Below are positions 1 through 10,943 of a stretch of 20,000 bases of DNA, one piece after another (the stretch's first letter is position 1; each line of letters opens with the position of its first letter). The translations under genes were made by a program, and so were the position numbers. Below the pieces are notes generated by a model. That model did no database searches. It was not told where the DNA came from and worked only from the letters and a program-made list of their open reading frames with translations. Source of the stretch: Chiloscyllium plagiosum (Eukaryota); the NCBI RefSeq assembly GCF_004010195.1, contig NC_057755.1, positions 4,221,499-4,241,498 on the forward strand, given 5' to 3'.

Positions 1-830
1 ATTCCAATAGTGGCTAAACCAATGTCCCGCACAGCCACAACATGACCTCACCACTTTTATACACAAGGCTCCGAACAATAAAATAAAGCATAACAATCGC
101 CTTCTTTACTATCCTGTCCTATCCATTTCTGACTCTATTTTCCAGGAACTATGAACCTGCAATCCAAGGTCTTTTTGTTCACCAACACTCCATAAGACAT
201 AACCATTAAGAGTATAAGTCCTGCTATGATTTCTTTTCCAAAATCCAGCACCCCATATCTATCTAAATTAAACTCAAACTGCCACTCCTCAGCCCGTTGT
301 CCCGTGCATTCAAGATCCATTTGTACACTGAGGTAATCATCTTCGCTGTCCACTACACCTCCAACTTTGGTGCCATCTGCAAACTTACTAAATATACCCC
401 CTACGTTCACATCCATATCATTTGTATAAATGATGAAAAGTAGTGGAATGAGTATCGATGTCTGTGGCACACCGCTGGTCACAGGCCTCTAGTCTGAAAA
501 GCAGCACTGTCCCAACACCATCTGTCTTCTGCCTTCAAGTCAGCTCTGTAACCAAATGGCGAGTTCTCCTTGTATTCCATGTGACCCAACCTGGCTGACC
601 AGTCTACCACGGGGAACCTTGTAAAATGTCTTACTGAAGTCCTTATAGATCACATCCACTGCTTTGCACTCATCAGTCCTCTTTGTGATTTCTTCAGAAA
701 ACTCAATCAAGTTTGTGAGACATGATTTCCCACTCATCAAGCCATGCTAACTATCCTTAACCAGTTCTTGCCTTTCCAAATACATGTAAATCCTATCCCT
801 CAGGATTCCCTCCAACAACTCGCCCATCTT
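1..830 (-). mobile_element. CR1-clade LINE ORF2 (reverse transcriptase) fragment, degenerate
   Basis: Minus-strand ORF pieces give CR1 RT motifs: LLEGILRDRIYMYLE, GKSCLTNLIEF, DFSKTFYKVPRGRL, TSGVPQTSIL-PLLFIIYTND, SKFADGTKVGGVVD. Several frameshifts. Confidence 0.9.
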
Positions 831-1327
831 GGGAAATTTTCCCCATTGCCAGATAAAAACCAGTGCTCTAGCTATCCTGGAACAGCTTGGTTCTGAGCAG
901 CATTGTGGAATAGAGATGCAAAAATGCATTCCAGGCAATATGTATCATTGACTCCTGCCCCAATAAAGTTTCATTGCATCAAATCAAACATGGGCCAGGG
1001 CACCTCCTATCGATTCTAATGACCTTCACCCACAACATGCCTCCCTGATGACACATCTTTAAGTGGAAACACTTCGAGGAAGCACTGAGAGAGAAACGAC
1101 AAAGACAGCGCAAAGGAATCTCTCTTTCTATCTCTCACACGATCTCTCTCTCTCAGAAGTCCACCTGACTCTTCTGCTGAGAAAACATCAGGAACACTGT
1201 GGAGCACTTTCATCCTCAGACTACCTGGAAACAGTTCCTGTCTGTATCCTCCTAAAGTCTGCTTTGATTGTCTTCCCTGTTCACTGCCTTCCTGTTCAAT
1301 TTGCATGTCATCTGCAAAGTTGGAAGT

Positions 1328-1596
1328 TATGTCGTAAGAACCCACGTGTCGTGGTTATACTGAGGTCAGGCAGGTGGACCTCAGAGAATATGAGTCCCAT
1401 GATTGGGGTTGTTAATCTGGTACAAGCAGGGAGCCCTAGCTGACAGATAAAAGAAAACGAGTGTCAGGTGTCCTGAAGCTCTGAGACCTGGTTCTGAGGG
1501 AAAAGGAGCAGTGTCACCTCCTTTTTATTTACTTGCCCCATGTAAATAAAAGGTGGCGTGATGATGGGATATCAGTCTGTGTGGAGTTATATTACA
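1328..1596 (+). mobile_element. Probable solo LTR (Gypsy-type), about 270 bp
   Basis: Ends in ATTACA; contains an ATTGG box, a GATAAAA TATA-like element and AATAAA (about 1545); flanked by AAGT at 1324-1327 and 1597-1600 (possible 4-bp TSD; 5' end reads TA rather than TG). Confidence 0.5.
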
Positions 1597-2109
1597 AAGT
1601 CCTGTAAAATTCTGAATATAAGCTGCCACCAGTAAGTCTCAGCTGCCAGGAGCACATGTTGGATATTGTGTCTGTGATGATTGTGAAGTTCAGTGTTATT
1701 TTAACGGATCGATCCTGTGATGCCAGTGCTACTGATATTAACCTTGTATTATAATTTATCACCGAGCTCCACAGGAGTAAGGGAAGGAATATGATAGACC
1801 TTTCAAATATAGAGAAAGTCTAATTTGAAGACGCTGAACCTTTCTTATATAATGTCCATAATTCTCAAGAATCAGCAGAAGCATTGTTCTCCAATCTCTG
1901 TTCAGATCAGTTTTTCCCATCTAGATGTTGAACTTGGAATGGTTTGAACCATATAATCTACACTGCTCCCATTTCCTGTACTTTTTTTTTATTTCTTGTA
2001 TCTCAATCTTCATGAAATCTCAACTGAAATATGCTCTGGTGAATATTTCCAGGATGTGAACAGAGGGACACAGAAGGAAACACCCTAGTTCCAGAGAGCT
2101 TTTCAATGA

Positions 2110-2165
2110 TAGAGAGAGGGGAGAGAGAGAGAGAGAGAGGGAGAGGGAGAGGGAGAGAGAGAGGG
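2110..2165. repeat. (GA)n/(GAGAGG)n microsatellite
   Basis: Seen directly; mirrored by (CT)n at 19966-20000. Confidence 0.95.
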
Positions 2166-2383
2166 ACACGGTAGGTGGCAAGTTGAACCCAACGATCGCC
2201 TTGCTTCTCTACATCTCACATCAGTCGTACAACCAATTGTGTTAACGGATTATGACTTATGACATTGTGATTGAGGGGGTGGCAGTTATACAGTTACAAA
2301 TCACCGTTAGGCCTTAGACATAGTCTTGAAGAACTCCAGCAGTGACGTCTGGAGATTAAATGGCTGGCTTCCAACGAACACAC

Positions 2384-2530
2384 CAGTCACATGTAGTCCA
2401 GACCAGGTACAGACAGTCAATTTCTTTCCGTAAAGGACATTAGTGAAACAATGGGTTTTTACAACAAGTTACAATGGTTTCCTCGTCAGTATTAGAGACA
2501 TAATTCCAATTATTTATTCAACTGAAGTTC
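2384..2530 (-). mobile_element. Old SINE-like fragment (resembles the shark Deu-domain SINE type)
   Basis: AGTCACATGTAG-CCAGACCAGGTA...AAAGGACATTAGTGAA...GGGTTTTTACAACAA resembles a repeat I recall as common in shark genomes. Mirrored at about 19620-19760, with a weaker copy near 7530-7630. Family assignment is from memory. Confidence 0.45.
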
Positions 2531-2564
2531 TGGAATCCATCATGATAAGACTTGTCAGAGGTGG

Positions 2565-2697
2565 TACTGCAGATGTTGGAGATTAGAGTCAAGATTAGAG
2601 TAGGTCATCAGGACGAAGGGCTTTTGCCAGAAACTTCGATTTTCCTACTACTCGGATGCTGCCTGACCTGCTGTGTTCTTCCAGCACCACTCTAATC
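2565..2697 (+). mobile_element. Penelope-like element terminal repeat fragment with degenerate hammerhead core
   Basis: GACGAAGGGCTTTTGCCAGAAAC followed by GATGCTGCCTGACCTGCTGTG; the same unit occurs at 10830-10900 and 19469-19550. Confidence 0.7.
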
Positions 2698-3184
2698 ATG
2701 ATAAGATGACCTGAGCCCATCATAATACTTTGGAAGTATCTGAATATTTAGAACCCAAACGTGATACTTTTGTTCCAATAACCAAAATAAGGGTTTTCTG
2801 TTTTGTTATTTAACATTGAATGTAATATTAATTTGTCATTATTTGGTTTCTGGAAAATGGGAACGTAGACATAATGGGGCTGAAAATTGCATTTAATTGG
2901 ATTGACTGTGAACAATTGTGAGACCATTTCGGTTACCTCTGATTGAGATGGGTTCGTGTATTTGTTCAGTGGGAAGCCTGAAGGAATCATGGATGTGCCG
3001 AGTGAACTGTTTTCCTGTGCAAAGGAATGTATTAAGTAGAAAGGTAGAAGAATAATTTACATGTGTTATGTGTGTGCTTGAATATGTGTGTGTGAAATGC
3101 CTCATTCTTCCACATTATGAGTGTTCTATGAAGAATTCTTCCTCTCACTTAGCCTTAAAGGACGTTGGAATGTTTTGATCCTCC

Positions 3185-3410
3185 AGTGCTCTGGTTTCCT
3201 GCCAAAATCCAAAGATGTGCAGGTTAGGTAAATTGACCAAGCTAAATTGCCCATAGTGTTCAAGTATGAGTAAGTTGGGACATTCGTTGGGGCTAGGTGT
3301 AGAGCAATGGGGTGAAGGAGTGGGCCTAGGTGGGTTGGCCTTCGGAGGGTCGTTGTGGACTTATTGGGCAGAAAGGCCTGTTTCCACATTGTCGGGGATT
3401 CTATTCTCTC
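3185..3410 (+). mobile_element. HE1-type V-SINE, 5'-truncated
   Basis: End of the V domain (GTGCTCTGGTTTCCT...CCAAAGATGTGCAGGTTAGG) and CR1-derived tail (GGACTTATTGGGCAGAAAGGCCTGTTTCCACA); matches the fuller copies at 12046-12344 and 18081-18360. Confidence 0.8.
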
Positions 3411-3414
3411 CTGT

Positions 3415-4530
3415 AGTTTTGGCGAGTGTAAAAGTGGACAAGTCCTGAGGTCTGCAGGAGCCGTAACGAACGAGATGACGATGGAAATTATAAGTACTGT
3501 GATCAAATGTTTAATTCCTCTTCAGCTACCCGATTAGTCAGAGGACTTCAGCACAGCTGATGTGTTTCCACTTTTCAAGAAGGGTGGTGGAGATTCACTG
3601 CGAATTACACGTCAGTGATTCCCAGTGCACGGGAAACTATTAGAGAAAATTCTGAAGGAGAGAATTGATCTCCATTTTGAGAGGCAAGGCTAGATCAGTC
3701 ACTGTGGCTTTGTTACAGGGATGAAATGGCTTACAAATCTGGTGGAGTTTTTCGAGTAGTTGACCGTGTCTGGAGATGAGGGTAGGGCAACTGGTGAGGG
3801 TAGGGTATATGGTTTTCAGCAAGGTATTTGACAAGGCAGCACATGGGAGATTAATAACTAAGGTAAAAGCACATGGCATACAAAATTAATTAATTAGCAA
3901 ATTGGTTCCAAAAGTGGCTCTGTCAGAGGAGGCAGAGGGTGTTGATCGAAGGCTGGATGTGTAATTGGAGACTGGTGTTCAGTGCAGTGGTATACCACTG
4001 GGATGGATGTTGTGTCCCTTACTGTTGGTGATATTCATAAATAATAATGAAGAGTGCATGTTTGTGCATGCACATGCGCCCATGTGTATGTGTGTCTGCT
4101 GTATCTGTATCTGAGTCAGTATGTGTGTTTGTGTGTGTGTGTGCGAATGTGTGTGCTGTACGGAATGAGGGTGGGTGGGGATGATAAATAAGTTTGCGAT
4201 GACAAAAATATTGATCGGATGTTTGACAGTGAGGAAAATATTCTTAGGTGACAAACAGAAATAGTTAGGTTGGTCACATGGGCAGATCAATGGCAGGTGG
4301 AATTTAACCCTGATAAACCTGTAGGTGATACACGTTGTCACAAGTTTCAAGACAAGGCAGTACTCAATGAATGGTATGACATTAGAAAGGGCAAAGGAAC
4401 CAAAATATCTTGTGGAGCTTGTTAACAAATCTCTAAAGGTAGTAGGACAGGTCAGTAGGGTAGTTCAGAAGTCGTATATGATATGTGCCTTTACCATTCC
4501 AGACATCAGAGCAGGGAGGTCCTGTTGGAG
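3415..4530 (+). mobile_element. CR1-clade LINE ORF2 fragment with an internal (TG)n tract (about 4055-4160); cut at 4530 by the ERV LTR
   Basis: KVDKS, ADVFPLFKKGG, GKLLEKILKERI, FSKVFDK, KFA-DDTK-like, SLKVVGQVSRVVQK and REVLLE motifs across frameshifts. Confidence 0.85.
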
Positions 4531-5101
4531 TGAAACTTTATATCCTGTTGCAGGCCCTCTTGGTCCTGGGACTCGACAAAAGAATGACTAGGAGTACAAT
4601 CTGCTTAAAGCAAGTTTACCAGTTTAATAAATTAATAAATAGAAGTAGCCTGGGGTAGATTTGCCAGGCAACATGGAGGTTAAAAGTTTCTGTGTTCCGT
4701 AGAGAAATGGTGCAAATACATTTACGTTTTTTTTTAATAGATAGTACAGCCTTAATTACAAGAAAAGACCAATCATATCTAATAAGGTGAAATGATTGAC
4801 AACAGGCTAATCCAATGATATTTCAAGGGAAACAGATTGTTATGTGCATGTTTACTAGTTCAAGGTTACCTCAAAGACGAAATCACTGTCTTATAATTCA
4901 TATTATGAAAATCCATTATAATCTCTTATCTTCTATTTAGCTTAACTCAACAAAACAGCAGCACAAGTTCACAGAGTCAAGTTCATACTTTCAGACATTA
5001 TGTTGTGTTATTTTAAATTGAAAAGCCATTTCGTGGTTAATAAAAATCTACGTATCCTTGTTGCAACTGATAACAGCCTAAATTCAAATTATAGATCCTC
5101 A
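4531..5101 (-). mobile_element. ERV 3' LTR (left-arm copy, 571 bp)
   Basis: On the minus strand it starts TGAGGATCTATA right after the purine run AGGGAA and ends TATAAAGTTTCA (imperfect terminal inverted repeat). It has ATTGG boxes, an A-rich TATA region and ATTAAA, and is homologous to 16594-17264. Confidence 0.8.
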
Positions 5102-5114
5102 TTCCCTGCGTTGG

Positions 5115-6913
5115 TCATTCTATGACCACACCATAAAGGCATGGACCAAATTAATCCAATTCGGTGGCAGTGAAAGACTGCAATCCTTTCTCTTCCTCTG
5201 AAGAGGAATCAAGGACAGGCGATGATGCTTCCTCATCATCATAAAAGTGAGAAGAAGCATTTTCTGGGTGCAACCAATGTTGTCAATAGAAATTAATATT
5301 TTAGCAATAATACACTTATCAATAGCAATGCTAACAAAATGAGCAAATGAACAATAGCAGCATACATAGCCATATTGATAAACCATAAACCAAAACCCCA
5401 ATCTCCCCACCCTGCATCTTCATTCATTTGGTTGACAGAAATGCGGATGATATCTGTATGTCCAATAATGTTTTCGATAAAGTTAGTGACCCCCATGATG
5501 CACTTCCCTTTGACTATGACACAAACGCCACCTTCCTTCACAATAATGTAATCGAGAGCATAGCAGGTTTTGTTGGGTAAATAGGCACAATTCTGAAAGT
5601 AAGACCCTTATTTCTATTAGGCAGCAGTTGTCTCATTTCATGAAATTGTGGGTCCACAAATATTTTGATGATTAATAACTCCTGAAGTCCCTCTAACGGA
5701 AAGAACACGAAGTGCTGCATATGTTAATGAGTGAGTTTTACTATTTGATAGAAGCTTTGGATCCTTCCATTCTGCTCAAAAGTCAGAAGAAACTGAAAGT
5801 TTGACACGGGAATTTGAATCTCGGTGCCAGGTAATTGGACGGGAACAGGAGTTGGAAATGATGCTTCTACAGATACAACACGTGGAGTACTTGCTATATT
5901 CAGGACAAGATACCTTCCTATAACTGAATAATAATATCCAGGTTAAGTATAGATAATGGAGGGATCTTCCCAATAAAAAGCGGGCCTATCTTTGTGACTT
6001 CCTGAGGTACCTGGGTAATCCTTGATTACATAGTTTGGTCCAAACATAAAGGCTGGAAATTATTCAGTCTAATGAGGTGGGTCTCTTGATAAGAATCGTG
6101 GTCGACCTCGCAGAATGGTTCTACCCATCCAATAACTGGGAAGATATTAGTGCAATTAGGTGTATCGTAATGAAGTTGGTTGTGGCAAACCACCCCACAA
6201 AGGGTTTGAATGCCAGAGGTAAAAGAGACACATTCACTCCTTCAGGGAAATAGTGACAACTGATAAATATAGGCATAGCACAGGGGATACTTTTAGGGAA
6301 TTTTACACTCCAATCCGTGCACACCCATCCCTTACTGTTGTAGCAATTTGAATAGGATATAGCGGATTTATTGGAGGATGTCCATAATCCTGTAAATACT
6401 TTAGAATTATTCGTACCCCCATGTTAGGATTTGGAAGGATAAATGAGGTCAGGGAGTGTATTGCTGAAGTAAAGGCGTAACTTCAACCTCTCCAAATATG
6501 TTATTATGAGTTTCGATGAACAAATTGTTAGTGAAGGATAGCATCCCACCTTTCCTCTTTTACTACATGATCTATCTGAAAGGGGCATGGCTCAGTAGAG
6601 ATGCCCATTGTACAAATGAAATTAAACTGACGTACAACATCTTTAGACGATAAAGACCATTTAGATTTGTTCTGTAAATGAACTGGTCAACCTTTTTGAT
6701 GCAGTTGACCACTGCATTAGTCATTCTTGGTAACATTCAGTCTCTTGGCACACAAGGACATCTTCCTGGCAGAGATGGTACACAGTCTCTGGTTGCTCAG
6801 GATCGCACTGGTAAACTGTCCCTTCTTGTGCTCCAAATCTGGCAATGGCAAGTCCATGCAGCCGAGCAAGTGCGATCTATAATATCTCTCCCCTTCCACC
6901 CCCATTTGCAAGT
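5115..6913 (-). pseudogene. env: ERV env pseudogene (left-arm copy), filovirus-GP2-like TM subunit
   Basis: Minus-strand fragments NICGPTIS*NETTAA, ALDYIIVKEGGVCVIVKGKCIMGVTNFIENI, WGDWGFGLW and a hydrophobic TM anchor; many stops and frameshifts. Confidence 0.88.
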
Positions 6914-7413
6914 NNNNNNNNNNNNNNNNNNNNNNNNNNNNNNNNNNNNNNNNNNNNNNNNNNNNNNNNNNNNNNNNNNNNNNNNNNNNNNNNNNNNNNN
7001 NNNNNNNNNNNNNNNNNNNNNNNNNNNNNNNNNNNNNNNNNNNNNNNNNNNNNNNNNNNNNNNNNNNNNNNNNNNNNNNNNNNNNNNNNNNNNNNNNNNN
7101 NNNNNNNNNNNNNNNNNNNNNNNNNNNNNNNNNNNNNNNNNNNNNNNNNNNNNNNNNNNNNNNNNNNNNNNNNNNNNNNNNNNNNNNNNNNNNNNNNNNN
7201 NNNNNNNNNNNNNNNNNNNNNNNNNNNNNNNNNNNNNNNNNNNNNNNNNNNNNNNNNNNNNNNNNNNNNNNNNNNNNNNNNNNNNNNNNNNNNNNNNNNN
7301 NNNNNNNNNNNNNNNNNNNNNNNNNNNNNNNNNNNNNNNNNNNNNNNNNNNNNNNNNNNNNNNNNNNNNNNNNNNNNNNNNNNNNNNNNNNNNNNNNNNN
7401 NNNNNNNNNNNNN
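6914..7413. other. Assembly gap (500 N)
   Basis: Run of N; the round size suggests a nominal length. Confidence 1.
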
Positions 7414-8154
7414 ACTGAAGTCACTCATTTCTCTGAAAACAGAGTTATAACCCACTGCATTTAGCTGACAAAAGTTTAAAATCAATCAGCTAATATGTAC
7501 GATAACTGTTCGTGGGATGCTAAAACAAGATTTATTGTCCATTCCTTATTGCCCAGAAGGCATTTGGGAATGAATCTGGAGTCACGTGTAAATCAGTGTA
7601 GGTAATGTTCTTCACTTAAGAACATTAATGAAGTAGTTATTCACTTGTTTCACCACCATCATCCCTCCCCCAGATAAGCAATAGCGTTTTCATATTTGAC
7701 ATCAGATTATTTGGATATAATTCGTATTTCTTCTCCTTCCTCGATGAGATTCAAAGGCAGCTCTTCAGAACATGAGCTTGATGGTCTTGGATGTCCGTCC
7801 CGTGATAATCCCACCAGTCTACCATGAATTCCTTGTGCAGTTAGTGAATTATGGCAGACATTTCCCATGAGTAAACAATCCACTTCAGTTCTGAAACACT
7901 TCATGTTTATTTGCCTTTTGAAATAAATAAGCAGAAGATTACAACCTTTAAGGCCATTCCATGTCATTGGAAGTCACGGCATTGCTGCAAACGACAGGTG
8001 CCCCTCCCTTGTATTGGACTGTGTTCATTATGTACAGATTTCTCATCAGTGACTGCGCGAAATATGTCTTTAAGGTTCAGTGGTCTCACGGGCTGAGGTG
8101 AAACCTTGGCCCCTGACTGCAGGAATCAATAAACGTCTCGTCTTTGCTTTCCAG

Positions 8155-8288
8155 CTCGATCCCGGAAATGTATATTTGTGGGAGGGGTGTGCAGATTTGA
8201 AAAATGTCTCGATGATGAATTCGAGTTTGGTAAGGGTTGCAGACAACATCACCTTTGCTGCATGAATATCAATGGACCGCAAGGTTAA
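8155..8288 (+). CDS. Beta-defensin-like peptide, terminal coding exon (signal-peptide exon not found)
   Basis: Acceptor TCTTTGCTTTCCAG ends at 8154. With a phase-1 intron the exon reads xRSRKCIFVGGVCRFEKCLDDEFEFGKGCRQHHLCCMNINGPQG* (TAA 8286-8288), i.e. C-x6-C-x4-C-x10-C-x5-CC, with G-x-C at Cys2 and Glu in the Cys3-Cys4 loop. An in-frame stop upstream at 8130-8132 means splicing is needed. ATTAAA at 8374-8379. Confidence 0.82.
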
Positions 8289-8373
8289 TCTGAGGCTGTG
8301 CTGAAGCTTACTGCAAAATCCTTTGTTATTGGATGTGTCCGCATGGACCCTAAGCCACTGTTTCTGTATCATC

Positions 8374-8379
8374 ATTAAA
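8374..8379 (+). promoter_or_regulatory. Candidate polyadenylation signal of the defensin-like gene
   Basis: ATTAAA about 85 nt after the stop codon, followed by GT-rich sequence. Confidence 0.5.
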
Positions 8380-8473
8380 GGTGTTCACTGTTACTCGCAT
8401 CCCGTGGCCCGTGTCTGATTTCAGACCGTGACCGGTGTATCTGGTTATGTCTTTGGTGTGGGGATAAGGACGC

Positions 8474-8519
8474 GGTGGTGGTGGTGGTGGTGGTGGTGGT
8501 GTGGGGGGGGGTGGGGGGG
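8474..8519. repeat. (GGT)n microsatellite followed by G runs
   Basis: Seen directly. Confidence 0.95.
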
Positions 8520-8559
8520 TTAATGATCAGAAATGGTAGAAATATGGTCACCACTGTCA

Positions 8560-8977
8560 GCTCCTAACTACCCAACTTCATAGAACCATTGTCAACAGAG
8601 CCCTCTTACCTGTGTCTGACCCATTTCCCACCCTTTCAACATCAACCCCTTACCCCTCTTACAGCAGAGATCGATTTCTCCTTGTCCTTACCTACCATAC
8701 CACCACCAGCATCCACATCCAGAAAAACATCAGATCCCATTTATAACACCTCCAGTGAGATGCGACCACCAGACACATATTCCAACTTCCGCAGGAATCA
8801 TTCCCTGTGGGACACCCTGGTCCACTCTTGCTTCACTCCTAAGAGCCCCAACACTTGTCTGGCACCTTCCCTTGCAACCCCCTAAGGTACAACCTGCCAA
8901 TTTACCTCTTCCCCACTCAGTATCCAAGGGCTCAAACATGCCTTTCAGGTGAAGCAACGATTTATCATCACTTTTCA
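8560..8977 (+). mobile_element. Penelope-like element ORF fragment (linker and Cys region before GIY-YIG)
   Basis: Frameshifted peptides FRRNHSLWDTLVHS, GTFPCNP and QGLKHAFQVKQRF resemble the RT-to-GIY-YIG linker of vertebrate Penelope-like elements; ends at the gap. Confidence 0.75.
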
Positions 8978-9072
8978 NNNNNNNNNNNNNNNNNNNNNNN
9001 NNNNNNNNNNNNNNNNNNNNNNNNNNNNNNNNNNNNNNNNNNNNNNNNNNNNNNNNNNNNNNNNNNNNNNNN
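8978..9072. other. Assembly gap (95 N)
   Basis: Run of N. Confidence 1.
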
Positions 9073-9528
9073 GTATTCGAACTAACATTGAACCGCTACG
9101 ATGACGTGTATATTTACATAAATTAAGACCCCTTCCCCAGGGAATATCGTTGGATTAGCCTGTTGTCAATCATTTTATCTATTACAGTTGATTGGACTTT
9201 TCTTGTAATTAAGAATCATTTCCCAGGAAATATCACTGGATTAATCTGCTGGAAATCATGTCATCTTATTAAATGTGATTGGTCTTTTCTTGTAATTAAG
9301 GTTGCACTATCTCTTAAAAACAGACAAAGAATCTCAAAGATTCCAAGGTAATTGCACAACTTCACCACAGAACACAAAAGTTTTAGCCTTTGTGTTGCTG
9401 AACAGAATTGCATCAAGGTGCCTTAATGCAATAAACTAATGACGCTTGCCTTTTTCTAAACTGCATTCCATTGAATATTTTGACCGATTACAAAACAAGA
9501 GGCCTCTCTTGAGGTGTTTGGATCTTCA
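9073..9528 (+). mobile_element. ERV 5' LTR (5' part lost in the gap)
   Basis: Direct-orientation homologue of about 16817-17264: the same two roughly 89-bp ATTGG-containing U3 units (9130-9300), AATAAA at 9430-9435, and an end GATCTTCA matching AATCTTCA of the 3' LTR. Confidence 0.8.
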
Positions 9529-9531
9529 TTT

Positions 9532-9549
9532 TTGTGCCATGTTTCATTT
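9532..9549 (+). promoter_or_regulatory. Possible degenerate primer-binding site (tRNA-His-like)
   Basis: TTGTGCCATGTTTCATTT, 3 nt after the LTR end, matches 11/18 positions of the recalled His PBS TGGTGCCGTGACTCGGAT. The position fits but the match is weak. Confidence 0.25.
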
Positions 9550-10509
9550 CAGCTCAGACAGGTCGTTAACAGCGGTGTAAGAGTTAAATTTCTTTCACTA
9601 TTCGGCCGGCCAGATGTGAACATTTTAAGAGCGTTTGGTTTTCCTCTCATTCAAGTCGTGTCTGACATGACCCCTCCCTGTTTATGTTCCAGTCCAGCTC
9701 AAAAGCATCGCTGTTAACAAGGGTTGTTTCTGGGGGACTATGGGGGTCGTGGGTGGTGGTGGGGAGACATTGACTGAGGTTAGCGTTGCTTTTGTACTTA
9801 GGACAGTGGTTTCCGAAAATTGCTGAACTACGAGGAGAGTGTTGAACTCTGAATCTCCCGAACTTCGTTCATTTCCTGGTTTAAAAAGAAGCTCCAATCT
9901 TTGGATCTTCAGCAGTTTTTCGAGGCTGGTGGCCTCAACAGTTTTAATACAGGCAGTTAACTATTACAGAGATAGGAGCCCCCCCACCCCCCCCACCCCC
10001 GATATTTGTGGCTATTACTGGGGCAGTTGACCCCGATATTTAATACAGGTGGTTGATGTTAATTTACAGTGTATTGACTAAGATTTATCTGCTTATAATA
10101 GATAGAAAGGAGGCCTGGATCTTAATAATAAGTTAATAACTAATAATAATAATACCTTAAAAAATCAATACTGAAGTTGATTAATAAAAGAAAATATTGC
10201 AGTATTTTATAAATAAAGGTTAATTTAGTTTTTAAAAAGAGTTTGCGAAATAAATTAACGTTTGTGGAATCCTGATTGGTGAGTTATTTTTTAATCAGTT
10301 GCTATAAAACTGAAGTAATTTTAAAATGGGTAATTGCATAGACAGAACAGATGATCCATCCCCATCGTTAGTGACATTATGTGAAAAAGCTCGAGATCCA
10401 TGACTGTTTTGAATCTGATTTGCATTTTGAAAATTTAACATGATTTATTTTAATGTTAAGGATCCTTCAGTGATTCTGAAATAAAATATTATCTCCTGTT
10501 CAGTTTACA

Positions 10510-10943
10510 GGTCATAACTGTCCTTACCCCACGTCACCCCAGCTGCAGCTTCCAGCTCAGCAACGCTCTCATGACCTATCCTATCTGCCGATCTTCCATT
10601 CCACCTATCAACTCCACCCTCCTCTCTGACCTACCACCTTCATCCCCACCCCCATTCACCCATTGTACTCTTTGCTACCTTTTCCCAACATCATTTCTGA
10701 CCATCCCCATCCCCATTTACCATCTTCCATCCCCACCCTCATTCACCTGAAGTCCTCTATCCTACTCTCTCTCCACCCCCACCCCCCTCTCATTTATCTC
10801 TCCACCCTGCAGGCACCCTGCCTCTATTCCTGACGAAGGGCTTTTGCCCGAAACAATGATTTTCCGGCTCCTTGGGTGCTGCCTGACCTGCTGTGCTTTA
10901 ATCTCGACTCTGGTTTCCAGCATCTGCAGTGCTTGTTTTTACC
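10510..10943 (+). mobile_element. Penelope-like element 3' region/terminal repeat inserted in the provirus
   Basis: C-rich tract followed by CCTGACGAAGGGCTTTTGCCCGAAAC...TGCTGCCTGACCTGCTGTGC...TTCCAGCATCTGCAGT. Confidence 0.75.
10830..10860 (+). ncRNA. Minimal hammerhead ribozyme core of a Penelope-like element, probably inactive
   Basis: CTGACGA, stem II GGGC-TTTT-GCCC, then GAAAC. The expected cleavage triplet after GAAAC reads AAT rather than GTC. Confidence 0.6.

Larger units (their letters stand above)
2110..6913 (-). repeat. Left arm of a large inverted segmental duplication (partner 14742-20000)
   Basis: Its reverse complement is collinear with 14742-20000 across env, LTR, CR1, SINE, Penelope and microsatellite. 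I counted about 10 differences in 120 nt in one env stretch, and there are indels. It runs into the N gap. Confidence 0.95.

Noticed and set aside
1016..1443. Overlapping ORFs of 109 and 126 aa
   Set aside because: Low-complexity GA/CT-rich sequence running into a solo LTR; no domain.
1719..1781. MPVLLILTLYYNLSPSSTG followed by GTAAGG as the defensin signal exon
   Set aside because: The donor is phase 0 but the exon needs phase 1; weak hydrophobic core; separated from the exon by a gap.
6678..7485. Four long ORFs of 201-246 aa
   Set aside because: They read through the N gap; artefacts.
8155..8229. Alternative 75-nt internal exon using the GTAAGG donor at 8230 (LDPGNVYLWEG...)
   Set aside because: The phase-1 frame running through this site gives a complete six-Cys motif, stop codon and poly(A) signal, which explains the sequence better.
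7707..8375. Minus-strand ORFs 7707-7967 and 8070-8375
   Set aside because: No recognisable domain; the second is antisense to the defensin-like exon.
9130..9300. CRISPR-like or satellite array
   Set aside because: Only two adjacent units without spacers, inside an LTR U3 in vertebrate DNA.
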